From NCBI RefSeq assembly GCF_036365525.1, contig NC_090396.1, forward strand, positions 40,908,689 to 40,972,688: DNA of 64,000 bases, written 5' to 3'. The position numbers were made by a program, and so were the translations under genes. The notes beneath the pieces are model-generated. The model did no database searches. It had not been told where the DNA came from and saw only the letters and a program-made list of their open reading frames with translations. Below are positions 27,001 through 38,185 of the stretch, piece by piece. Position 1 is the first letter of the stretch, and each line of letters starts with the position of its first letter. The stretch comes from Heterodontus francisci (lineage: Eukaryota).

Positions 27001-30000
27001 CCAGGATCACGGGGACTGCTGAACTCCAGCATCACGGGGACTGCTGAACTCCAGCATCACGGGGACTGCTGAACTCCAGGATCACACAGACTGCTAAACT
27101 CCAGGATTACACAGACTGCTGAACTCCAGGATCACACGGACTGCTGAATTCCACGATCACACGGACTGTTGAACTCCAGGATCACACGGACTGCTTAACT
27201 CCAGGATCACTTGGACTGCTGAACTCCACGATCACAGGGACTGCTGAACTCCAGGATCACATGGACTACTGAACTCCAGGATCACACGGACTACTGAATT
27301 CCACGATCACACGGACTGCTGAACTCCAGGATCACACGGACTACTGAATTCCACGATCACACGGACTGCTGAACTCCAGGATCACATGGACTACTGAACT
27401 CCAGGATCACACGGACTACTGAATTCCACGATCACACGGACTGCTGAACTCCAGGATCACACGGACTGCTTAACTCCAGGATCACACAGACTACTAAACT
27501 CCAGGATCACACGGACTGCTGAACTCCAGGATCACACGGACTGCTGAACTCCAGGATCACATGGGGACTGCTGAACTCCAGGAACACGGGGACTGCTGAA
27601 CTCCAGGATCACATGGACTACTGAACTCCAGGATCACATGGACTGCTGAACTCCAGGATCACATGGACTACTGAACTCCAGGATCACACGGACTGCTGAA
27701 CTCCAGGATCACACAGACTGCTGAACTCAGGGATCACAAGGACTGCTGAACTCCAGGAACACGGGGACTGCTGAACTCCAGGATCACACGGACCGCTGAG
27801 CTCCAGGATCACACGGGGACTGCTGAACTCCAGGATCACATGGACTACTGAACTCCAGGATCACACAGACTGCTGAACTCCAGGATCACATGGACTACTG
27901 AACTCCAGGATCACACGGACTACTGAACTTCAGGATCACAAGGACTGCTGAACTCCAGGATCACACGGACTACTGAACTCCAGGATCACATGGACTGCTG
28001 AACTCCAGGATCACACGGACTGCTGAATTCCAGGATCACACGGACTACTGAACTCCAGCATCACATGGACTGCTGAACTCCAGGATCACACGGACTGCTG
28101 AATTCCAGGATCACACGGACTACTGAACTCCAGCATCACATAGACTGCTGAACTCCAGGATCACACAGACTGCTAAACTCCAGGATCACACAGACTGCTC
28201 AACTCCAGGATTACACAGACTGCTGAACTCCAGGATCACACGGACTGCTGAATTCCACGATCACACGGACTGCTGAACTCCAGCATCACGGGGACTGCTG
28301 AACTCCAGGATCACACAGACTGCTAAACTCCAGGATTACACAGACTGCTGAACTCCAGGATCACACGGACTGCTGAATTCCACGATCACACGGACTGTTG
28401 AACTCCACGATCACAGGGACTGCTTAACTCCAGGATCACATGGACTACTGAACTCCAGGATCACACGGACTACTGAACTCCAGGATCACACGGACTACTG
28501 AATTCCACGATCACACGGACTGCTGAACTCCAGGATCACACGGACTACTGAATTCCACGATCACACGGACTGCTGAACTCCAGGATCACATGGACTACTG
28601 AACTCCAGGATCACACGGACTACTGAATTCCACGATCACACGGACTGCTGAACTCCAGGATCACACGGACTGCTTAACTCCAGGATCACACAGACTACTG
28701 AACTCCAGGATCACACGGACTGCTGAACTCCAGGATCACACGGACTGCTGAACTCCAGGATCACATGGGGTCTGCTGAACTCCAGGAACACGGGGACTGC
28801 TGAACTCCAGGATCACATGGACTACTGAACTCCAGGATCACATGGACTGCTGAACTCCAGGATCACATGGACTACTGAACTCCAGGATCACACGGACTGC
28901 TGAACTCCAGGATCACACAGACTGCTGAACTCCGGGATCACAAGGTCTGCTGAACTCCAGGAACACGGGGACTGCTGAACTCCAGGATCACACGGACCGC
29001 TGAGCTCCAGGATCACACGGGGACTGCTGAACTCCAGGATCACATGGACTACTGAACTCCAGGATCACACAGACTGCTGAACTCCAGGATCACATGGACT
29101 ACTGAACTCCAGGATCACACAGACTACTGAACTTCAGGATCACATGGACTGCTGAACTCCAGGATCACACGGACTACTGAACTCCAGGATCACATGGACT
29201 GCTGAACTCCAGGATCACGCGGACTGCTGAATTCCAGGATCACACGGACTACTGAACTCCAGCATCACATGGACTGCTGAACTCCAGGATCACACGGACT
29301 GCTGAATTCCAGGACCACACGGACTACTGAACTCCAGCATCACATAGACTGCTGAACTCCAGGATCACACAGACTGCTAAACTCCAGGATCACACAGACT
29401 GCTAAACTCCAGGATTACACAGACTGCTGAACTCCAGGATCACACGGACTGCTGAATTCCACGATCACACGGACTGCTGAACTCCAGCATCACGGGGACT
29501 GCTGAACTCCAGGATCACACAGACTGCTAAACTCCAGGATTACACAGACTGCTGAACTCTAGGATCACACGGACTGCTGAATTCCACGATCACACGGACT
29601 GTTGAACTCCACGATCACAGGGACTGCTTAACTCCAGGATCACATGGACTACTGAACTCCAGGATCACACGGACTACTGAACTCCAGGATCACACGGACT
29701 ACTGAATTCCACGATCACACGGACTGCTGAACTCCAGGATCACACGGACTACTGAATTCCACGATCACACGGACTGCTGAACTCCAGGATCACATGGACT
29801 ACTGAACTCCAGGATCACACGGACTACTGAATTCCACGATCACACGGACTGCTGAACTCCAGGATCACACGGACTGCTTAACTCCAGGATCACACAGACT
29901 ACTGAACTCCAGGATCACACGGACTGCTGAACTCCAGGATCACACGGACTGCTGAACTCCAGGATCACATGGGGACTGCTGAACTCCAGGAACACGGGGA

Positions 30001-33000
30001 CTGCTGAACTCCAGGATCACATGGACTACTGAACTCCAGGATCACATGGACTGCTGAACTCCAGGATCACATGGACTACTGAACTCCAGGATCACATGGA
30101 CTGCTGAACTCCAGGATCACATGGACTACTGAACTCCAGGATCACACGGACTGCTGAACTCCAGGATCACACAGACTGCTGAACTCCGGGATCACAAGGA
30201 CTGCTGAACTCCAGGAACACGGGGACTGCTGAACTCCAGGATCACACGGACCGCTGAGCTCCAGGATCACACGGGGACTGCTGAACTCCAGGATCACATG
30301 GACTACTGAACTCCAGGATCACACAGACTGCTGAACTCCAGGATCACATGGACTACTGAACTCCAGGATCACACGGACTACTGAACTTCAGGATCACATG
30401 GACTGCTGAACTCCAGGATCACACGGACTACTGAACGCCAGGATCACATGGACTGCTGAACTCCAGGATCACATGGACTGCTGAATTCCAGGATCACACG
30501 GACTACTGAACTCCAGCATCACATAGACTGCTGAACTCCAGGATCACACGGACTGCTGAATTCCAGGATCACACGGACTACTGAACTCCAGCATCACATA
30601 GACTGCTGAACTCCAGGATCACACAGACTGCTAAACTCCAGGATCACACAGACTGCTAAACTCCAGGATTACACAGACTGCTGAACTCCAGGATCACACG
30701 GACTGCTGAATTCCACGATCACACGGACTGCTGAACTCCAGCATCACGGGGACTGCTGAACTCCAGGATCACACAGACTGCTAAACTCCAGGATTACACA
30801 GACTGCTGAACTCCAGGATCACACGGACTGCTGAATTCCACGATCACACGGACTGTTGAACTCCACGATCACAGGGACTGCTTAACTCCAGGATCACATG
30901 GACTACTGAACTCCAGGATCACACGGACTACTGAACTCCAGGATCACACGGACTACTGAATTCCACGATCACACGGACTGCTGAACTCCAGGATCACACG
31001 GACTACTGAATTCCACGATCACACGGACTGCTGAACTCCAGGATCACATGGACTACTGAACTCCAGGATCACACGGACTACTGAATTCCACGATCACACG
31101 GACTGCTGAACTCCAGGATCACACGGACTGCTTAACTCCAGGATCACACAGACTACTGAACTCCAGGATCACATGGACTGCTGAACTCCAGGATCACACG
31201 GACTGCTGAACTCCAGGATCACATGGGGACTGCTGAACTCCAGGAACACGGGGACTGCTGAACTCCAGGATCACATGGACTACTGAACTCCAGGATCACA
31301 TGGACTGCTGAACTCCAGGATCACATGGACTACTGAACTCCAGGATCACACGGACTGCTGAACTCCAGGATCACACAGACTGCTGAACTCCGGGATCACA
31401 AGGACTGCTGAACTCCAGGAACACGGGGACTGCTGAACTCCAGGATCACACGGACCGCTGAGCTCCAGGATCACACGGGGTCTGCTGAACTCCAGGATCA
31501 CATGGACTACTGAACTCCAGGATCACACAGACTGCTGAACTCCAGGATCACATGGACTACTGAACTCCAGGATCACACGGACTACTGAACTTCAGGATCA
31601 CATGGACTGCTGAACTCCAGGATCACACGGACTACTGAACTCCAGCATCACATGGACTGCTGAACTCCAGGATCACACGGACTGCTGAATTCCAGGATCA
31701 CACGGACTACTGAACTCCAGCATCACATAGACTGCTGAACTCCAGGATCACACAGACTGCTAAACTCCAGGATCACACAGACTGCTAAACTCCAGGATTA
31801 CACAGACTGCTGAACTCCAGGATCACACGGACTGCTGAATTCCACGATCACACGGACTGCTGAACTCCAGCATCACGGGGACTGCTGAACTCCAGGATCA
31901 CACAGACTGCTAAACTCCAGGATTACACAGACTGCTGAACTCCAGGATCACACGGACTGCTGAATTCCACGATCACACGGACTGTTGAACTCCACGATCA
32001 CAGGGACTGCTTAACTCCAGGATCACATGGACTACTGAACTCCAGGATCACACGGACTACTGAATTCCACGATCACACGGACTGCTGAACTCCAGGATCA
32101 CACGGACTGCTTAAATCCAGGATCACACAGACTGCTGAACTCCAGGATCACATGGACTGCTGAACTCCACGATCACACGGACTGCTGAACTCCAGGATCA
32201 CACGGACTGCTGAACTCCAGGATCACATGGGGACTGCTGAACTCCAGGAACACGGGGACTGCTGAACTCCAGGATCACATGGACTACTGAACTCCAGGAT
32301 CACATGGACTGCTGAACTCCAGGATCACACGGACTACTGAACTCCAGGATCACACGGACTGCTGAACTCCAGGATCACACAGACTGCTGAACTCCGGGAT
32401 CACACGGACTGCTGAACTCCAGAAACACGGGGACTGCTGAACTCCAGGATCACACAGACTGCTGAACTCCAGGATCACACAGACTGCTGAACTCCGGGAT
32501 CACACAGACTGCTGAACTCCGGGATCACATGGACTGCTGAACTCCAGGATCACACAGATCGCTGAGCTCCAGGATCACACGGGGACTGCTGAACTCCAGG
32601 ATCACATGGACTACTGAACTCCAGGATCACATGGACTGCTGAACTCCAGGATCACACGGACTACTGAACTCCAGGATCACACGTACTGCTGAACTCCAGG
32701 ATCACACAGACTGCTGAACTCCAGGATCACATGGACTACTGAACTCCAGGATCACATGGACTGCTGAACTCCAGGATCACACAGACTGCTGAACTCCAGG
32801 ATCGCATGGACTACTGAACTCCAGGATCACACGGACTACTGAACTTCAGGATCACATGGACTGCTGAACTCCAGGATCACACGGACTACTGAACTCCAGG
32901 ATCACATGGACTGCTGAACTCCAGGATCACACGGACTGCTGAATTCCAGGGTCACACGGACTACTGAACTCCAGGATCACACGGACTGCTGAACTCCAGC

Positions 33001-33872
33001 ATCACGGGGACTGCTGAACTCCAGGATCACGGGGACTGCTGAACTCCAGCATCACAGGGACTGCTGAACTGCAGGATCACACGGACTGATGAATTCCAGG
33101 ATCACTCATGTTGCTGAACGCCTGGATCACATGGACTGCTGAACTCTGGGATCACGGGGACTGCTGAACTCCAGGATCACACGTATTGCTGAATGACGTT
33201 GCTGAACGTTGACTGCTCCATGGACATTCCCCTTAAAGAATATAAAAGAAATCCCATGAAGAATGAGCATTTGGCCATTTGGCAGCACAGTTGTAGCAAC
33301 CTGCCCTCCTCCCAGATGCTTAATAGTTACTAATCCATGCGGGTGATGAATTGGAAATTCGGAACTGGGACCGTGTCTTCATCCCCCAGAACAATGCTGT
33401 CCTCCTCCATACAGACACTTGTGATATTTTTGTTCCCCATATCGATGCTTAATTCAGTGATTCACAAATCTTTCTGTCTGGACGACACTTTCCAACTGTA
33501 GACATATTTCTGCAGACTCCCTGTTCTAACATCAGGAAGGTAATGGGATGTGTCCAATCGGAAACAGCGCAGAGCCTGTCTTTCATTAAGAAAAGCAGAA
33601 ATAATATGACAACAAATACAGTAAAATAGAGAAGGTTAATACGATATGAACAGGCATTTTCAGGATCCTCCAGGCTTCCTTGAGGCCCCCTAAGGTCCAG
33701 GGTTCTCCATTTGAAAATCTAAATTTTAGTTCAGAGAAATGGGATTTTTAACAAGTGTCTTATTTTTTAGGCAAAGAAAATCTGCCATCGTGAGCAACCA
33801 AAGCGTGGGAGAGCTCCAAACTCAGTGTATGAAGATATGAACCTGTTGCGAACACAAAGTATGGCACGCTAG
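2958..33872 (+). CDS. CD7: T-cell antigen CD7-like receptor, 4 coding exons (2958-3024, 20146-20484, 22902-23035, 33771-33872), 213 aa
   Basis: The four exons join in frame (67+339+134+102=642 nt) with GT-AG introns of phase 1,1,0. Protein: signal peptide, IgV with CD7-type GxYxR in place of the C-strand Trp and PxDLVY, TM segment, tail ending SVYEDM, matching the CD7 YEDM motif. Confidence 0.85.
4566..5185 (+). mobile_element. LINE 3' fragment, same family as 16799-20040
   Basis: MEYSALAWM..., CTIYKMHCSN and shared tail GCCAGCGATGCCC...ATCCCATGAA. Confidence 0.85.
5381..7551 (-). mobile_element. Internally deleted Gypsy LTR retrotransposon
   Basis: ~265-bp direct LTRs (5381-5643, 7277-7551), PBS TGGTGGCAGTG next to the 5' LTR, PPT at 5644-5656, gag (6894-7175) and integrase (CDNGTQF, 6127-6552) remnants; flanking G-runs could be the TSD. 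Confidence 0.85.
7805..8105 (+). mobile_element. HE1-type V-SINE
   Basis: tRNA-like head CAGTGGCGCAGTGGTTAGC, V-domain, CR1-like tail with (TAAA)n. Confidence 0.9.
8815..9508 (-). mobile_element. CR1 LINE 3' fragment
   Basis: LIRPQLEYSVQFW, RTRGHRFK, FFTQRV on the minus strand. Confidence 0.9.
9660..10845. repeat. GA-rich low-complexity repeat with two assembly gaps
   Basis: Purine-only GA/GGA runs; N-runs at 9891-10024 and 10053-10191. Confidence 0.95.
11870..13090 (+). mobile_element. CR1 LINE 3' fragment nested in the Harbinger element
   Basis: VVYLDFQKAF, GVPQGSVLGP, KFADD, QKRFTRLIPG and 3' UTR. Confidence 0.9.
11939..12005 (-). mobile_element. 67-bp RTE-like LINE 3' end insertion
   Basis: Flanked by AATCTT TSD; minus strand ends CCATTGTCTCTCGAGATAAGGAGGCCCAAAAGAAG, resembling RTE-clade tails. 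Confidence 0.5.
13200..14250 (+). pseudogene. Harbinger (HARBI1-like) DDE transposase remnant
   Basis: GFARVAGFPVVQGAINCMHV, AQNPGSSHN, GKGY...WLMTP, EQAINGLKQWF across frameshifts. Confidence 0.85.
14740..16370 (-). pseudogene. Harbinger Myb/SANT-like DNA-binding protein remnant (spliced)
   Basis: ATG 16370: MEQQVRERASKFSARALEVL...WEQTAREVN...QKKF; donor at 16134, next exon from 15877 (GKVAHN). Confidence 0.65.
15197..15326 (-). mobile_element. Short Penelope-type insertion with hammerhead remnant
   Basis: 12-bp TSD GGCATAGGTGAT; minus strand reads GATGAAGGGTCACTGACCCGAAACGTTAAC. Confidence 0.7.
16799..20040 (+). mobile_element. Near full-length single-ORF LINE (APE-RT, CR1/L2 group) with tRNA-derived 5' head, degenerate
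   Basis: A box TGGCGTAGTGG and B box GGTTCGAATCCC; APE motifs VGDFNVHH, PTRGKNILDLV, SDH; RT motifs QFGFR, LDIKAAFDRVWH, PQGSVLGP; (ATGA)n tail. Confidence 0.9.
20146..20484 (+). CDS. CD7: CD7-like exon 2 (Ig V-set domain)
   Basis: Acceptor ttttacag, donor G|GTATGT; translation (E)DHVSQSP...SMNC...GTYFRR...DIDIYYC...GQGTMLIVS; N-glycosylation sequons NIT and NFT. Confidence 0.92.
21258..21700 (+). mobile_element. DeuSINE (SacSINE1/AmnSINE1-like)
   Basis: tRNA-like head, Deu-domain ATCCCATGGCACTATTTAAAGAAGAGCAG...CCTCAACCAACATCA and L2-like tail. Confidence 0.8.
21975..22730. mobile_element. Composite of CR1 tail (-), Harbinger-type MITE fragment (~22110-22532) and LINE tail (+)
   Basis: (CATAGAGT)n CR1 tail; middle part resembles 47452-47940 in reverse; tail matches the 16799-20040 family. 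Confidence 0.6.
22902..23035 (+). CDS. CD7: CD7-like exon 3 (stalk and transmembrane)
   Basis: Acceptor tattttctcag, donor CGT|GTAAGT; translation (E)PNMEHCADVCANCKTVSYQDPVVIGVIVAAIVALSCALVLSLWR. Confidence 0.88.
23569..33193. repeat. 25-bp minisatellite (consensus GGACTGCTGAACTCCAGGATCACAC), about 380 copies, with higher-order repeats
   Basis: Directly visible tandem array with degenerate edges; diagnostic variant monomers recur at offsets of 1283, 1204, 1254 and 1204 bp. Confidence 0.98.
33771..33872 (+). CDS. CD7: CD7-like exon 4 (cytoplasmic tail with YEDM motif)
   Basis: Acceptor tattttttag, phase 0; translation AKKICHREQPKRGRAPNSVYEDMNLLRTQSMAR*. Too short for the ORF track. Confidence 0.88.
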   Translation, partial: AKKICHREQPKRGRAPNSVYEDMNLLRTQSMAR

Positions 33873-33935
33873 CTTTCAAATGAATTGTGTTAATTTCATT
33901 GCATGTCACATTAACCTGGAGCATGGGCTTTTGCC

Positions 33936-33941
33936 ATTAAA
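33936..33941 (+). promoter_or_regulatory. Candidate poly(A) signal (ATTAAA) of the CD7-like gene
   Basis: Variant hexamer ~65 nt after the stop codon in AT-rich 3' sequence. Confidence 0.3.
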
Positions 33942-34127
33942 CATAAAAAGAATCATGGAATTATAAAATTCTTAACATTGTACAAGAGAATGCCTTCACA
34001 AAAATATTTGCAATGTAAGAGTTTGTTAAAGTAAAACATCTTGTGTCTTATATTTAGAATAAGTACAATGTCTGTTTTGTAGAAGCTAGTACTTGTGTGT
34101 GTAAATATACATGAAATATGTATATAG

Positions 34128-34700
34128 TGTTACGACCAGGTGAGAAAGCTGTCTAGGGGTACCTCTCAGCCTTCACCTGGTCTTACCGTAACAGGGTTTA
34201 ATTTTAATCACACCATGTTTTTAGTTTGCTAAATCCTTGTTCACTGCTTTCAAATTATAAGGCAAAGAAACCAGCACAAACAGGCTTTCTTAGGTTTAAA
34301 GAAGAAAAGTTGAAATTTATTAAACTTCAACTCTAATTCGGTTAATGTCAACGGATACATGATGCACCCACGCTAGCATGCATATGTGATACACACATGC
34401 AAATAGAGACAGAAAAGAGCACAAGAAAAATGAAGTGGAAAAGTTTGAGGCAATCTCTGAAGAGATTTTGCTATGGTACTTTGAGCTCACTGTAGAGTCC
34501 TTGATTGTAGGTAGATCTTGCTTTTCGTTGGGGCCCAATATTCTTCTTAAACCTTATACACTGTATGAGACTTTTCTCTCTTGGGGTTCATGTGCCTTCA
34601 GTGGATTCAGAAGCTTGTGAGGAAGAGATGGGAGCAGACAGGAGAGATCTTCTCAGTCCCGGAGCAAACAGACACTCTCAGTTCAAACTCTTGATCTCAT
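34128..34700 (-). mobile_element. Partial LTR-like repeat
   Basis: Starts TGTTACGACCAGG; TTTATT (AATAAA on minus) near 34316; no partner LTR seen. Confidence 0.5.
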
Positions 34701-35029
34701 TTAAAAATTCTCTTTCTCTCTCTCCTCTTCCCTGCTCTTCTTGCCTTTAAGTGTCTTTCTGCTGTTCCACTGGCAAGACAGAAAACCCACATGTTCCTGT
34801 TGCCAGGCATCTATTACTTCTGCAGTTGTAATAAAAGTGTGATACAGGAGGACGTTCTTGCCTGTGAGGAAGATCTGATCTTTAAGCAGTGCCTTATGTT
34901 TATCGCATGAGGATCTTTAATCAACTTCATGAAGAACAGTGGATGTAAATCTGTACACAAATAAGCTACACCACCTTTGAAGTAATTTATATGATTTATA
35001 TACCTGAGATGGTAGACATCTTGTTCTCA

Positions 35030-36160
35030 GAATCACAGAATTGTTACAGCACAGAAGGAAGCCATTTGGCCCATTGAATCTGCACCGGCTCTCGGAATGA
35101 GAAATTCACCTACTGCCAGTCCCCCGCCTTCATCCTGTAATCCTGAACGTTCTTCCTTTTCAGATAGTAGTCTAATACCCTAATGAAGGGCTTCATTAAA
35201 CCTGCCTCCACCACACTCACAGGTAGTGCATTTCAGATCCTAACCACTCACTGTGTAAAAAGTTTTTCCTCCGAACTAGTGTCTTATACAAGTTCAACAG
35301 GGGCGGCACAGTGGCGCAGTGGTTAGCACTGCAGCCTCACAGCTCCAGGGACCCGGGTTCGATTCTGGGCACTGCCTGTGTGGAGTTTGCAAGTTCTCCC
35401 TGTGTCTGCGTGGGTTTTCTCCGGGTGCTCCGGTTTCCTCCCACAAGCCAAAAGACTTGCAGGTTGGTAGGTAAATTGGCCATTATAAATTGTCACTAGT
35501 GTAGGTAGGTGGTAGTGAAATATAGGGACAGATGGGGATGTTTGGTAGGAATGTAGGATTAGTATAAATGGGTGGTTGATGGTCGGCACAGACTCGGTGG
35601 GCCGAAGGGCCTGTTTCAGTGCTGTATCTCTAATCTAATCTAATCTAACATAACCTCCTTGTTCTTGTACTCTATGGCCCTATTAATAAAGCATAGGATA
35701 CTGTATGCTTTATTAACTGCCCCCTCAATCTGTCCTGCTACCTTCAATGACTCATGCACATATACACCATGTCCCTCTGCTCCTGTACGCCCTTTAGAGT
35801 TGTACCCTTTGTGTTATATTGTCTCTCAATGTTCTGCCTACCAAAATGTTCTGTTCCCAGATAGTTCACAGAATTTTTACAGCACAAAAGGTGGCCATTT
35901 GGCCCATGGTGCCTGTGCTGGCTCTTCAAAGGAGCAATTTACCTAGTGCCACTCCCCTGCATCCTCCCTGTGCCCCTGTACATTCTTCCTTTTCAGATAA
36001 TAACCCAATTCCGTCTTGAATGCCTCGATTGAACCTGCCTCCACCGTACTCTCAGGTAGTGCATTCCAGATCCTAACCACTTGCTGCATAAAAAAGTTTT
36101 TCCTCATATCACCATTGCTTCTTTTGACAATGACCTTAAATCTGTGCCCTCTTCTCAATC
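35030..36160 (-). mobile_element. Cluster of CR1 3' fragments (interrupted by a SINE)
   Basis: RGHRFKV...FFMQQVVRIWNALPE; CR1 tails at 35030 and 35865. Confidence 0.8.
35300..35648 (+). mobile_element. Full-length HE1-type V-SINE
   Basis: GGGCGGCACAGTGGCGCAGTGG head with B box GGTTCGATTC, V-domain, CR1-like tail and (CTAAT)n. Confidence 0.92.
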
Positions 36161-36317
36161 TCAACATTAGCTACTTTGTTCATGTGCAGAGAAACATAAC
36201 TCAATTTATTGTACAAATATCTAAAGGGTTTTTACTGAGAATTTTATGAGCCACTCTGTGTCAAAGATAGCAAATTTAAACAAAAAAGTCTCTGATTTCT
36301 CTCCTTTCATTCCCTTT

Positions 36318-37580
36318 TGTGAAAGGGAAATCATGTTTATTGGAGTTATTTGAAGAAGTAACATGTGCTGTGGATAAAGGGAACTGGTGGATATACTGTA
36401 CTTAGATTTCCAGAAGGCATTTGATAAGGTGCCACATCAAAGATTATCGTGGAAAATAAAAGCTCATGTTGTAGGGGGTAACATATTGGCATGGATTGAA
36501 GATTGGCTAGCTAACAGAAACAGAGAGTAGGCATAAATGAGTCATTTTCTGGTTGGCAAGATGTAATGAGTGGTGTGCCACAGGTATCAGTGCTGGGCCT
36601 CAACTTTTTACAATTTATATCAATGATTTGGATGAAGGGACCGAAGGTATGGTTGCTAAATTTACTGATGACATAAGATAGGTAGGAAAGTTTATTTGTG
36701 ATGAGGACATAAGGAGGCTACAAAGGGATCTAGATAGGTTAAGTGAGTGGGCAAACATCTGGCAAATGGAATATAATGTGGGAAAAGTGTGAAATTGTCC
36801 ACTTTGGCAGGAAGAATAAAAAAAGAAGCATATTATCTAAATGGTGAGAGATTGCAGAGCTCTGAGATGCAGAGGGATCTGGGTGTCCTAGTGCATGAAT
36901 CGCAAAAGGTTAGTATGCAGGTGCAGCAAGTAATTAGGAAAGCTAATAGAATGATATCATTTATTGCGAGGGGAATTGAATATAAAAGTAGGGAGATTAT
37001 GCTTCAGTTATACAGGGCATTGGTGAGACCACATCTGGAGTACTGTGTATAGTATTTAACAAAGGATGTAAATGCATTGGAAGCAGTTCAGAGAAGGTTT
37101 ACTAGACTAATATCTGGAATGGGCGATTGTCTTATGAGGAAAGGTTGGACAGGCTAGGCTTATATCCCCTGGAGTTTAGAAGAGTAAGAGATGACTTGTT
37201 TGAAATATATAAGATCGTGAGAGGTCTTGACAGAGTGGATGTGGAAAGGATGTTTCCACGTCTGGGAGAATCTAAAACTTGGAGTCACTATTTAAAAATA
37301 AGGGGTTGCCCATTTATGACAGAGGTGAGGAGAAATGTTTTCTCTCAGTCGTGCGTCTTTGGAACTCTCTTCTTCAAAAGGCAGTGGATGCAGAGTCTTT
37401 AAATACTTTTAAGGCAGAGGTAGATGGATTCTTGATAAGTAAGAGGATGAAAGGTTATTGGGGGTAGGTGTGAATGTGGAGTTGAGGTTACAATCAGATC
37501 AGCTATGATCTCGTTGAATGGTGGAGCAGGCTCGAGGGGCCGAGTGGCCTACTCCTGCTCCTAATTCGTATGTTTGTATG
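36318..37580 (+). mobile_element. CR1 LINE 3' fragment
   Basis: YLDFQKAFDKVPH, LVRPHLEYCV, SYEERLDRLGL and CR1 3' UTR. Confidence 0.9.
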
Positions 37581-37664
37581 CTCTTATATTCTTATGCTTA
37601 GAGTAGGACATGGTTTCATGGACTCCAGCAACTCTTTTCATACTTCATCACATTGAGCCTTCAT

Positions 37665-38185
37665 GTGTGCAGCAGAATATTGCTAATGCTGGAGATCTGA
37701 AACGGGGGCAGAGGGTGCTTGGGGTGCTTGGTGGGTTGGGCAGCATCTGTGGAGAGAGGGGCAGAGTTGGCATTTCAGGTCGATGACTTTTCATCAGAAC
37801 TGGCAAAAGAATGAGAAGTGATCTCATTAAATCATACAAAATTCTTACAGGGCTCGACAGGGTAGATGTAAGAAGGATGTTTCCCCTGGCTGTGGGCCTT
37901 GAACTAGGGGACACAGTCTCAGAATAAGAAGTATGCCGCTTAGGACTGAGATGAGGAGGAATTTTTTTACTCAGAGGGTGGTGAATCTTTGGAATTCTCA
38001 ATTCCAGAGGGCTGTGGAGGCGCAGTCATTGAATATTTCAAGACTGAGATAAATAGATTTCTACATATTAGAAACATCAAGTGTTGCAGGGATAGTGCAG
38101 GAAAATGGTGTTGAAGTAGAAGATCAGCCATGATGTAGTTGAATGTAGCTATTCCTGCTCCTATTTCCTATGTTTCCATGTTCCT
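37665..38185. mobile_element. Penelope-type fragment (-, to ~37805) joined to a CR1 3' end (+)
   Basis: Minus strand CTGATGAAAAGTCATCGACCTGAAA; plus strand CR1 C-terminus and tail. Confidence 0.7.

Noticed and set aside
23569-33193. CRISPR-like array or coding (mucin-stalk) repeat
   Set aside because: No unique spacers, only point variants of one monomer, in a vertebrate context with no cas genes. The 25-bp period puts TGA stops in all frames on both strands, and the array lies after the TM exon.
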